DNA of 25,879 nt from contig PLCF01000064.1 in the NCBI GenBank assembly GCA_003135555.1, positions 1-25,879 on the forward strand, in the 5' to 3' direction. The notes beneath the pieces are model-generated. The model was given only the letters and a program-made list of their open reading frames with translations, ran no database searches and was not told the origin of the DNA. Shown piece by piece: positions 8,983 through 16,730 of this stretch; within the stretch, counting starts at the first letter, position 1; the number at the start of each line of letters is the position of its first letter. The DNA comes from Vulcanimicrobiota bacterium (lineage in GTDB: Bacteria; Vulcanimicrobiota; Vulcanimicrobiia; Vulcanimicrobiales; Vulcanimicrobiaceae). Both the position numbers and the translations under genes were made by a program.

Positions 8983-9816
8983 CTACGACGATTCGCGGGC
9001 GCGCTGGGCGAACGACGCCAGCGCCTCCGCGGTCGCCGCGGGCGCTTCCCACATCGGAAGATGGCCGGCGTCCTCGAGCAGCACGAACGCGGCGTCGCGC
9101 ATCGCGGCGGCCGTCGCGCGCAGCGTCTCGGCCCCCAGGTAGCTGTCGGCGCCGCCGGCCAGCACCAGTGCCGGGACCTCGACGTCGCCGAGCAGGTCGT
9201 GCGAGTCGAGCCGCTCCTTCATCCCGCGCACGAGCTGCGCGCAGCCGTGCGGGTTCTGCCGCTGCATCATCGCGCGCCCGCGTTCCACCAGATCGGCCCG
9301 TTCGCGGTAGACCTGCGGCGCGAAGTAGCGCGGCAGGTAGCTCGCGACCGCCGCGTCCATCGAGCCATCGCTATCGAGCCGCGCGGCGAGCGCGTCGCGG
9401 CCGGCGGCGAGCTCGCGCTGCGCGCAATCGGCGCTCGCGTCGCGCCCGGCGTCCTGGGCGACGTGGCTGGCGATTAGCGCGAGCCCCGCGACCCGCTCGG
9501 CGAACATCCGGAAGAACGACAGCGCCACGTAGCCGCCGATCGAGTGGCCGGCCAGGGCGGCGCGCCCGACGCCCAGCGCATCGAGCACCCCGGCGACGTC
9601 GCCGGCGAGCGCTTCCATCAGCGCCGGACCGTCGCTGGGCTCGGACTCGCCGCAGCCCCGCAGATCGATGCGGATCACCCGCGTGCCCGCGAGCGCCGGC
9701 ATCTGCTCGTCCCACACGGTGCGGTCGAGCGGAAAGCCGTGCAGCAACACCAGCGGCACACCGGCGCCGCCGGTATCGTCGTAGGCGATCCGGCGGCCGT
9801 CGATGGTCAGGGTCAT
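8983..9816 (-). CDS. Alpha/beta-fold hydrolase (PcaD/MenH-like esterase)
   Basis: HGFP oxyanion motif, DLRGCGES, nucleophile elbow GHSIGG, acid in GGADS, His in AGHLPMWE. Confidence 0.92.
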   Translation of the reverse strand: MTLTIDGRRIAYDDTGGAGVPLVLLHGFPLDRTVWDEQMPALAGTRVIRIDLRGCGESEPSDGPALMEALAGDVAGVLDALGVGRAALAGHSIGGYVALSFFRMFAERVAGLALIASHVAQDAGRDASADCAQRELAAGRDALAARLDSDGSMDAAVASYLPRYFAPQVYRERADLVERGRAMMQRQNPHGCAQLVRGMKERLDSHDLLGDVEVPALVLAGGADSYLGAETLRATAAAMRDAAFVLLEDAGHLPMWEAPAATAEALASFAQRARESS

Positions 9817-9823
9817 CGGAGGC

Positions 9824-10453
9824 TCAGAAGTCGCTCTCTTTGAGGTTCGCCGACGTGTTGACGTCGGTGATGTCCTCGGTCTCGACGACGGTGTCGCCCG
9901 CGTAGGTCACGCGACGCGCCGGAAGGTGCGTCGTGCGCGAGAGGAAGATGGTTCGCTTCGTTGCGCCGGCGTCGTCCTTGTATGGGTACGTGACGGTGTC
10001 GTACGCGGTCCCGTTCACGGTCTCTTCGCCGTTCGTCACCGCCGGAGCGGCCTTGATCCCATCGGCGATGTTGTCGAACGATCCTTGGTCGATCGTGTGA
10101 CCGCGCAGGTCCACCGCACGGCCGTCGTGGATCGAGATGTTCAGGTGGATCCCGCTCAACATCCCGCCCTGGTGGCCACTGACGGTGTCACCGCCCTTCC
10201 AGGAGGCTCCGCCGCCACGTCCCGGGCCGCCGGTGATGTCGACTTTCGCGAAGTGCGGCTTGAGGTAGGCGTAGTGATACGTCCGGTCCTGAACGTCGGT
10301 CCCTTTGGTCATGTGGACCTTCAGGTTGGCCGTGTAGCTCGGGATTTTCGCCCAGGCTTCGAGGAACGCCGCGGCCGCACCGGTCGGCGCCGCACCCAGG
10401 AGTGCGGCGCCCAGCGCCAGAGCCGCAACGGCGGAGAGCGTCCGGCGCGTCAT
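9824..10453 (-). CDS. Secreted LolA-like / lipoprotein-sorting-fold protein
   Basis: ATG at 10453 overlaps the upstream stop (ATGA). Signal peptide MTRRTLSAVAALALGAALLGA; LolA-like pattern SYTANL..YLKPHFAKV..GEETVNG..C-terminal VNTSANLKESDF. Confidence 0.72.
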   Translation of the reverse strand: MTRRTLSAVAALALGAALLGAAPTGAAAAFLEAWAKIPSYTANLKVHMTKGTDVQDRTYHYAYLKPHFAKVDITGGPGRGGGASWKGGDTVSGHQGGMLSGIHLNISIHDGRAVDLRGHTIDQGSFDNIADGIKAAPAVTNGEETVNGTAYDTVTYPYKDDAGATKRTIFLSRTTHLPARRVTYAGDTVVETEDITDVNTSANLKESDF

Positions 10454-11988
10454 CGGACCGAACGACCGATGCTGAAGCCGGAGACGCCGTTCCCCGGCGC
10501 ATACGGATCGGTCGCGTACACGGCGCCGACGTTTACCTGCGGGATTCCGAGGTTGTACGACGTGTTGAGCTGCGCGATGAAGGCGTTGGCGATCAGCGCG
10601 TAGCCGGTGTTCGAAGGGTGCAGCCCGTCCAGGCTCGAGAGCCCGCCGCGATACACCAGGCTGCAGCACTTGGGCGGATTGACCGGTACGCCGCCGGCAG
10701 CGGCGATCTGGGCGAAGAGCGCGTGGATGTCGACCAGCGCCGCGCCGCTGTCGGCGGCGGCCTGCCCGATCGCAACATTGTACGAGGCGTTGAGCGCCTT
10801 GACGTTGTTCGCCACCGCATCGGCGATGAAGTCACCGCTGCTGAGCGTGGGCGCGACCGGCAGGGCGTGGGCCGGGATCTGGGCGGCAGCCGTCTGCAGC
10901 GTCTTGAACAGCGCGTTGATCGTGAAGTAGCCGTTCGGGCCGAGGCCGGTCTGGGCCGACTCCTGCGAGGCATAGGCGGTCGAGTACAGCACCGCGGCCG
11001 CCTGCGCTTGAGCGGGGGGCACGCCTTGCGCGATGAGTAGGCCCGTAATGTAGGCCTGCAGCGTGGGCTGATATGCCGGTTGCGGGATGAACGTCGCCGC
11101 CCCCATCACGTCGACGAGGTTGGCGACGGCGACCTTCGAGCCGGCGGCCTGCAGCTTGTGGACGATCGTCACGATGTCGTCGTGCATCGATTGCGGCGCC
11201 GTCACCGGGGCCTGACCGCCCGAGAACGCGACCTTGAGCAGATCGTTCGAACCCAGCCAGACCGTGGCGACCTGCGCGTGCAGTGAGACGGCGGCGTCGA
11301 CTTGGGTGACGCCTTGCCCGAAGCCGGCCAGGATCGGCCAGAAGTTCTGGCTCTCACCGTTGACGAGCGAGTTGAGCGCGACGAAGGTCGGCGGAGCGTT
11401 GACCGGGTTGATGCCGCAGTCGCCGGTCGCGCCGTTCATGAACAGCGCCTCGTGCACCGTGGCGCCGGGGATGCCGACGTCCCACGGGTTGAGCGCCGGG
11501 TTCAGGCGCAACGACAGCGCGGTATTGAACTGATTGGCCGGGATCTGCGACGCATCGCACGTGTTGCTCACCGGCGCGGGGAAGATGTGGGTCGCCGTGG
11601 GGGCGAGCAGACCACCGACGCCCGGCGGCTTGAGCAGCGGCAGCGGCGACTTGCTGGGGTCGCTCAGGGTGTTGATGTCGACGCTGTTGGCCTGTTCCCA
11701 GAGCAGCGCGAAGAAGCCGTGTTCCTGGGTGCGCTGCACGGGCCCGATCTGGCCGAGTTGCGGGTCGACGCCCAAAATCGGAAGGTCCGCGCCCATGGTG
11801 CCGCCGGACTGCGTGCCGGCGGTGAGGCTGTCGCCGATGCCGGCGATGCTGAGCTTTTGCGCCGGCGCGACGGTGCCGGGTTGGCCTTGCGGCGGCACGG
11901 TCAGCGGATTCGAGCTGCCGCCGCCGCCGCAGCCTGCGAGCAGGACGGTAGCGGCGAGCGCGGCGGCGATGCGATTGCGGCGCGTCAC
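10450..11988 (-). CDS. SGNH/GDSL-family hydrolase lipoprotein
   Basis: Lipobox LLAG-C; block I IGDSLTAG, block II VGIPGA, block III LGSND, block V DGLHP. Confidence 0.9.
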   Translation of the reverse strand: MTRRNRIAAALAATVLLAGCGGGGSSNPLTVPPQGQPGTVAPAQKLSIAGIGDSLTAGTQSGGTMGADLPILGVDPQLGQIGPVQRTQEHGFFALLWEQANSVDINTLSDPSKSPLPLLKPPGVGGLLAPTATHIFPAPVSNTCDASQIPANQFNTALSLRLNPALNPWDVGIPGATVHEALFMNGATGDCGINPVNAPPTFVALNSLVNGESQNFWPILAGFGQGVTQVDAAVSLHAQVATVWLGSNDLLKVAFSGGQAPVTAPQSMHDDIVTIVHKLQAAGSKVAVANLVDVMGAATFIPQPAYQPTLQAYITGLLIAQGVPPAQAQAAAVLYSTAYASQESAQTGLGPNGYFTINALFKTLQTAAAQIPAHALPVAPTLSSGDFIADAVANNVKALNASYNVAIGQAAADSGAALVDIHALFAQIAAAGGVPVNPPKCCSLVYRGGLSSLDGLHPSNTGYALIANAFIAQLNTSYNLGIPQVNVGAVYATDPYAPGNGVSGFSIGRSVR

Positions 11989-13153
11989 AGCGGGAGCACC
12001 GTCGGCGACCCGATGCCGAACTGGATCTGGACCGACGCCGCATGCAGTCCCGCAAAATGCGGCGCGACCTGGCTGGTGTTACAGGGAAGGCGTTGGCAGG
12101 TCAAGCTGGTGATCCCCCATTGATTGTTGTAGTTCGTCGCGCCGCCTTCGACGACGGACATCTGCACGAACGTTTGCTTCGTGAAGTGGTGCGAGAGCCC
12201 GTAGATCAAGGTGGGAGTGTATTCAGGATAGGGATCGACGGGGTTGTACGCGACCAGCCGCGACGGCTCGACGAAGAACGTGGTCTGCTTGTTCGCACGA
12301 TACTCCAGATATCCGAGCATGAAGAGCTGGGCCTTGTTGGTTTGATTGAGCCCGGAGCGGTGGTTGAGCCATTGCGGGGCGACGGTGAACGTGCCGAACA
12401 TCCGCGGCGTCGAGAGGAACGGCAGCGTGATCGGCAGCAGCCACTCCTGTTCGGTGCGCAGCCGCACGACCGCCGGAAAACCGCTGTCGGTCTCGACGAG
12501 CTGGCTGTCGGAGTGGCCGCCGATGATGGCGGTATGGGCGAGGTAGGTCGGCGTGATCACGATCGGCAGTTTGTTGCCGATCACGAAGAGGTTCTGCAGC
12601 CCGACCTGAAAGATCTTGTCTTTGGTGGTCGCATCGACGACGCCGGTGTTGACCGTTCCCAGCGAGGTGCCGGGCAGGTTGGTACCCGGGCCCGGTGAAG
12701 CCTTGCAAGTAGAACGGGACGTTCACGTTGGAGAAGTTCGACCGGGACTTGCTGGATCTCGAAATAACCGACCGTGAGGCGATGCGTACGGTCGAACGCG
12801 TAGGCGAAGCCGGCATCCACGCCGCCCGGGTCGCCGGCGTTGAAGCCGACGTTGCTCAGCGGGTACGCGAACGACACGTCGAGGTTGTAGGTGAAGCCCT
12901 GCGGTAGGCTCGGCCGGTGGATCGGCGCCTGCGGCGCGCCGGGCGGATTGCCCTGCGCGACGTCCCGCGCCGCGGCATCGCGCTCGGTCTTGATGTCCTG
13001 ACAGCACGCGCTTGCAGCGACGCGTTGGCCGGTTCGACCAGGCCCGAGTTCATCGCAGAGGCTCCCGGCCACGTCGGCGCGGGCCGACAACGGCGCGAAG
13101 ATCGACGCGGCGCAAACCAAAGCGCACGCGGTGCCCAACACACGTCTCATCAT
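11985..13153 (-). pseudogene. Secreted, probably outer-membrane beta-barrel protein; one gene broken by frameshifts (assembly error or pseudogene)
   Basis: Signal peptide ending in ARA-D at the 13153 start. Coding-like GC3 pattern passes between frames, joining ORFs 12581..13153, 12223..12816 and 11985..12584. Amphipathic strands (FTYNLDVSFAY, MLGYLEYR, LIYGLSHHF, VQIQFGIG). Stop overlaps the SGNH start (GTGA). Confidence 0.75.
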
Positions 13154-13247
13154 GTTCCAGCGCTTGCGTGGCCTGCCCGCGGGTTCCTTCGCAACGTCGC
13201 ATCTGCCGACGCCGTCGCGCGCGATTCCTCCGGCCGAAGAGCGAAAG

Positions 13248-13277
13248 TTGCGCGCGAGTGTGCATTAGTGGTATAAC
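13248..13277 (+). promoter_or_regulatory. Sigma70-type promoter for the histone-like gene
   Basis: TTGCGC (13248-13253), 18-nt spacer, extended -10 TGgTATAAC (13269-13277); an AT-rich patch in GC-rich DNA. Confidence 0.65.
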
Positions 13278-13364
13278 CTATGCAACTCGCCGGCGGCCGT
13301 GCCGCCGGATCTCCGCGCGTCCGTCGGGTACCGCGGACGCGGAAAGGAACGGTATCACTACCGC

Positions 13365-13697
13365 ATGGCCGCAAAGAAGGCCGCGTCGAAACGTAAGTCG
13401 ACGCGCAAGAAATCCGCGCGGAAGGCCGCGCCGCGTAAGGCCGCCCCTCGCAAGAAGGCCGCACGCAAGAAGTCGTCCGCCCGCAAGAGCACCAGCAAGA
13501 AGGGCGCGGCGCGCAAGAAGACCGGACGCAAGAAAGCCGGTGGCCGTAAGAAAGCCGCTCGCAAGAAGACGTCCGCGCGCAAGAGCACCAGCCGCAAGGG
13601 TGCGGCGCGCAAGGGTGGAGCGAAGAAAGCCGTTCGTAAGACCGGCGCTCGTCGCACGGCGCGTAGAAAGACCGCGGGTCGCAAGAAAGCGGCCTGA
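13365..13697 (+). CDS. Histone H1-like / protamine-like basic protein (110 aa)
   Basis: MAAKKAASKRK...RKKAA; 52 of 110 residues are K/R and none are D/E; RK-x-x-x periodicity; consistent AAG/CGC codons; flanked by a promoter and a terminator. Confidence 0.85.
   Translation: MAAKKAASKRKSTRKKSARKAAPRKAAPRKKAARKKSSARKSTSKKGAARKKTGRKKAGGRKKAARKKTSARKSTSRKGAARKGGAKKAVRKTGARRTARRKTAGRKKAA
13449..13613 (+). repeat. Internal 69-nt duplication in the histone-like gene (13449-13517 and 13545-13613)
   Basis: RKKAARKKSSARKSTSKKGAARK versus RKKAARKKTSARKSTSRKGAARK, 96 nt apart, with mostly synonymous differences. Confidence 0.8.
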
Positions 13698-13720
13698 TAC
13701 CCGGCCCATCGAGGGTACGA

Positions 13721-13760
13721 AGCGCGTCGCGAGCACTGCTCGCGGCGCGCTCTTCTTTTC
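13721..13760 (+). terminator. Rho-independent terminator of the histone-like gene
   Basis: AGCGCGTCGCGAGC-act-GCTCGCGGCGCGCT (14 bp, one G-U) followed by CTTCTTTT. Confidence 0.85.
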
Positions 13761-13842
13761 CTACGCCGCGGTCGCGCCTTTCGTTCGCGCTCAGCTCCGT
13801 TTCAGGGACGACCGCCACCACGCCCGCGCGGGGCGAACTTCA

Positions 13843-14691
13843 TCAGCCGAGCAGACGCTTCAAGAACGCCTCGTGCTTGTACGATCCGGAGTCGCCGAAC
13901 TTCACCACCACCACACCGTCGGCCGGCAGCACGTAGAGCGCCTGCCCGCCCGAGCCGCTCGCGTACACGATGTCGGGACGATCGGCGAGCGGGCTGAGCC
14001 ACCAGCACCGACCGTAGCGCGGGTTCGCGCGTGAGCCCTCGAAGCAGCGGGCGAGGGCTGCTGCGGGGACGATGCTCTCGCCCTCCCATGCGCCGCGGTC
14101 GCGGACCAGCTGTCCGAACTTGAGCCACTCGCGCGCGGCGACGAAGGCGCCCGTCGGCAACGGGTTGCTCCCGTCGCGCAAGGCGCGCCACGCACCGATG
14201 CGCAGCCCGATCCGGTCGAGGATGCGCTCGCGCAGATACGCGTTGGGCGTGAGCCCCGCCGGCTCGAGCTTGCGCGCGAGCACCGCGCCGAACACTTGCA
14301 GCGGGATGCCGCCGTAGGTGAACTTCGCGCCGGGCTCGTCCTTGAGCTCGACGGCGATCGCGGCGGCAAAGGGCGGCACGGCGCTGCCGAGCCCGCCGAA
14401 ACCGATCCCGCTGGTCAGCGCGAGCAAGTCGCGCAACGACACGCGGGACTTGGGACCGTCGCGCCAGGAGTCCAGCGTGCGCGCCACCGTTTCGTCGAGA
14501 TCGAGCAGCCCGTCGGCTTGGGCCGCAACCGCGAGCACGCCCCAGAAGCTCTTCGTCCCGCTGTACAGCGCGTGGGGTTTGGAATCGTAGCCTGCGCTGT
14601 AGCGCTCGAACGCGATGCGCTCCCCCTGCGCGATCACCAACGCGTGCAGCGCATGCCGCTCGGCGTAAGCCAGCGCGGCCTCGACGTTCAC
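13843..14691 (-). CDS. Serine hydrolase, beta-lactamase class C / NylB-like family
   Basis: SxxK in YSGTKS, LRDLLALTSG, PGAKFTY, ASGSGGQ. GTG start at 14691 overlaps the upstream stop (GTGA). No signal peptide. Confidence 0.9.
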   Translation of the reverse strand: MNVEAALAYAERHALHALVIAQGERIAFERYSAGYDSKPHALYSGTKSFWGVLAVAAQADGLLDLDETVARTLDSWRDGPKSRVSLRDLLALTSGIGFGGLGSAVPPFAAAIAVELKDEPGAKFTYGGIPLQVFGAVLARKLEPAGLTPNAYLRERILDRIGLRIGAWRALRDGSNPLPTGAFVAAREWLKFGQLVRDRGAWEGESIVPAAALARCFEGSRANPRYGRCWWLSPLADRPDIVYASGSGGQALYVLPADGVVVVKFGDSGSYKHEAFLKRLLG

Positions 14692-16040
14692 GGGCCCGCG
14701 ACGCTCAGCCGCGCGATGTGATCGAGGACGCGCAGGTGGATGCGGTGGATGAGCGCGTCGGACCACAGCCGCCAGTACGCGGCCGGAAAGACGTGATGGC
14801 GATACCACGTCGTCCCAACGAGCTCCGTGCGGCCGCCCCCCAGCGCGTTCAGGCGGAACTCGCCGGCGTCGGCAACCAAGAAGTTGGTGAGGTGCGGCGT
14901 ATCGATCGCGCCCCACGGCGAGAGCTCGCGCATCGCCGGCGGGTTGCGCGTGACGTCGAAGGCCAGGCGGCGCGGCGCGTCCCAGGCGGTGATCGGCTCG
15001 ACGAACGCGCCGGTCGAGAACTCGCAGTAACGCGTCGCACCGACGCCCCATCCGTCGATGTGGGCACGCTGCGGATACGATACGCCGGCCAGGAACACCG
15101 GATCGTCGGGCGGCGGCAGCGGCGAGAAGGCGATCACGTGCGGCCAGACCCGCTCGGGCGGCGCGTCGACGACGACCCGAGTGACGACGGCGTAGCGCGG
15201 CGCGTCGCGCGCGGGCGAAGGCGCGGCGCCCAGTGCCGCGATCGGGAGTGCGGCGACGCCCGCGACGAGCAGAGCGGCACGATGCATCGGCAGGGTGAGC
15301 ATGGCGCGTCCGACGAGCCCGCCCGCGACCGCCAGCGGCAAAGCCAGCGGCAGGGCCATCGCGATGCAGATCAATCCCTCGAATGCGAAGGCCAGCAGCA
15401 ACGCGCCGGCCAGGGCGACCGAGGCGAGCGCGAGCCCGATCGCGCCCGCGGGCGAGGGCGCTCGGCCGCGCGCCGTGCCGGCGAGCCACACCGCGAGCAT
15501 CCCTTGCGCGAAGGGCAGCGCGATGAACACGCCCCATCCGTAGTCGACGAAAACCCGCGTCGACAACGCCACGAACGCGACCGCTCCAAGGGCGACGGCG
15601 ATCGTCGCAACCAAAGCGGCGCCGAGCGTCGAGCCGGGAAGCCAGTGCCGCCACGCGGCCGCCGTCGCGCCGGCTCCGGCGCTACGCGCGGCGCGCGGCG
15701 GCGCCACGCAGAGCGCGGCGAAGAACGCGAGGTTCAGCAGCGGCACGAAAAAGAGCAGCACCAGCCAGGGCGACCAACCTGCGGAACGCAGGCGCGCCAG
15801 CGTAAGCCAGGTCCCGAGCGCAACGAACGGCAACGCGATGGCGACGAGCACCGCGAGGTAGCTGCGATCCGCGGCCGCCACCGCGTCGAGCCGGCCACCC
15901 GCGCCCAGCGGCGCGACGTAGATCGACGGCGACCAGACGCGGTGAAACGCGGCCTCGGAGACAAGCCGGTCGATCGTCAGCTTTACACCGCACAGCGTGA
16001 TCCCGGCGACCGCGTACGTCGCCCGGTCCAGCGCCCTCAG
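14688..16040 (-). CDS. Membrane protein: DUF805-like N-terminus, TM core, C-terminal SRPBCC/START-like domain
   Basis: LTLARLRSAGWSPWLVLLFFVPLLNL (DUF805 pattern); FEGLICIAMALP; VVTRVVVDAPPERVW..GVGATRYCEF..IHLRVLDHI (SRPBCC). Start uncertain: CTG at 16040 or GTG at 15881. Confidence 0.8.
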   Translation of the reverse strand: MRALDRATYAVAGITLCGVKLTIDRLVSEAAFHRVWSPSIYVAPLGAGGRLDAVAAADRSYLAVLVAIALPFVALGTWLTLARLRSAGWSPWLVLLFFVPLLNLAFFAALCVAPPRAARSAGAGATAAAWRHWLPGSTLGAALVATIAVALGAVAFVALSTRVFVDYGWGVFIALPFAQGMLAVWLAGTARGRAPSPAGAIGLALASVALAGALLLAFAFEGLICIAMALPLALPLAVAGGLVGRAMLTLPMHRAALLVAGVAALPIAALGAAPSPARDAPRYAVVTRVVVDAPPERVWPHVIAFSPLPPPDDPVFLAGVSYPQRAHIDGWGVGATRYCEFSTGAFVEPITAWDAPRRLAFDVTRNPPAMRELSPWGAIDTPHLTNFLVADAGEFRLNALGGGRTELVGTTWYRHHVFPAAYWRLWSDALIHRIHLRVLDHIARLSVAGP

Positions 16041-16717
16041 AGCGGGCGCCGGCGCGACGGCCCGGTCGCGGTGGTGATCGAGAACGTGACCGTCTCGATG
16101 ACGGTGACGTTGGCCGTCAGCCGGGCGAGGTCGAGCTGCGCCGAACCGAATCCGCCCATCGATGGGTCGATCCCGTACGGGCAACCGCCGGCTTCGCTGA
16201 CCGCGGCGACGCCGTCGATGCTGACGCCGGTGAGTGCCGCGATCGCGTCGGCCTTGTGCCGCGCGTCGTCCAATGCGGCGCTGCGCGCACCCTGCTCGTG
16301 CGCGGCGCATTCCTCGGGCGTCGCGAAGACGTTGACGCCGTCGAGTGCGGCACCGGGATGCGCCGCGATGTACTGCGCGGCCGCAGTACCGATGCGATCG
16401 AGCTTCGCCCGGCTCACGTCCCGGATCGTCCCGCGCAACATCGATTGGGTGCCGCGGTAGAGCTGGGCGCCGGCGGGGCCCACGACCGGATCGTCGATCC
16501 CCGCGGCGCGCATCGCGGCGATGACTCCGGCTTCGTCGGCGGCACCTCGGACCTGCGCGCTGAATTGTACGGTCTTCACGGGATAGCGAACCGCGCCGTG
16601 CCCTTGCACGGTGATGCCTCCCTGCGCGGCGGGCATGCCGGGACGGGGGATTGGAACTTGCGCGCTCGCCGCGAGCGGCAGCAGTGCGAGCGCGGCGACG
16701 GCGAGCGACCTCTTCAT
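16037..16717 (-). CDS. SIMPL domain (DUF541) periplasmic protein
   Basis: Signal peptide ending in ASA-Q; ITVQGHG; ARSAALDDARHKADAIAALTGVSIDGV; C-terminal VTVIETVTFSI. Confidence 0.85.
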   Translation of the reverse strand: MKRSLAVAALALLPLAASAQVPIPRPGMPAAQGGITVQGHGAVRYPVKTVQFSAQVRGAADEAGVIAAMRAAGIDDPVVGPAGAQLYRGTQSMLRGTIRDVSRAKLDRIGTAAAQYIAAHPGAALDGVNVFATPEECAAHEQGARSAALDDARHKADAIAALTGVSIDGVAAVSEAGGCPYGIDPSMGGFGSAQLDLARLTANVTVIETVTFSITTATGPSRRRPL

Positions 16718-16730
16718 ACGCCGCGCTTCG

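Noticed and set aside
13365..13697. CGCAAGAAG-type repeats as a CRISPR array or non-coding satellite
   Set aside because: The repeats are in frame, vary at synonymous positions and lack unique spacers; no cas genes are present.
13802..13843. 13-codon ORF MKFAPRGRGGGRP overlapping the hydrolase stop (TGATG)
   Set aside because: Too short to support, with no SD or recognisable motif.
13735..13855. Hammerhead-ribozyme-like pattern on the minus strand (CTGATGA at 13846-13840, GTTCGC/GCGAAC stem, GAAA, possible stems I and III)
   Set aside because: There is an extra A after CTGATGA, no NUH cleavage triplet between the candidate stems III and I, and the pairing borrows from the opposite-strand terminator. 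CTGATGA is explained by the tandem stop codons of the hydrolase gene.
13843..14691. Calling the serine hydrolase a true beta-lactamase resistance gene
   Set aside because: It has no signal peptide, YGG instead of YxN and no KTG triad, which fits an esterase/amidase member of the fold.
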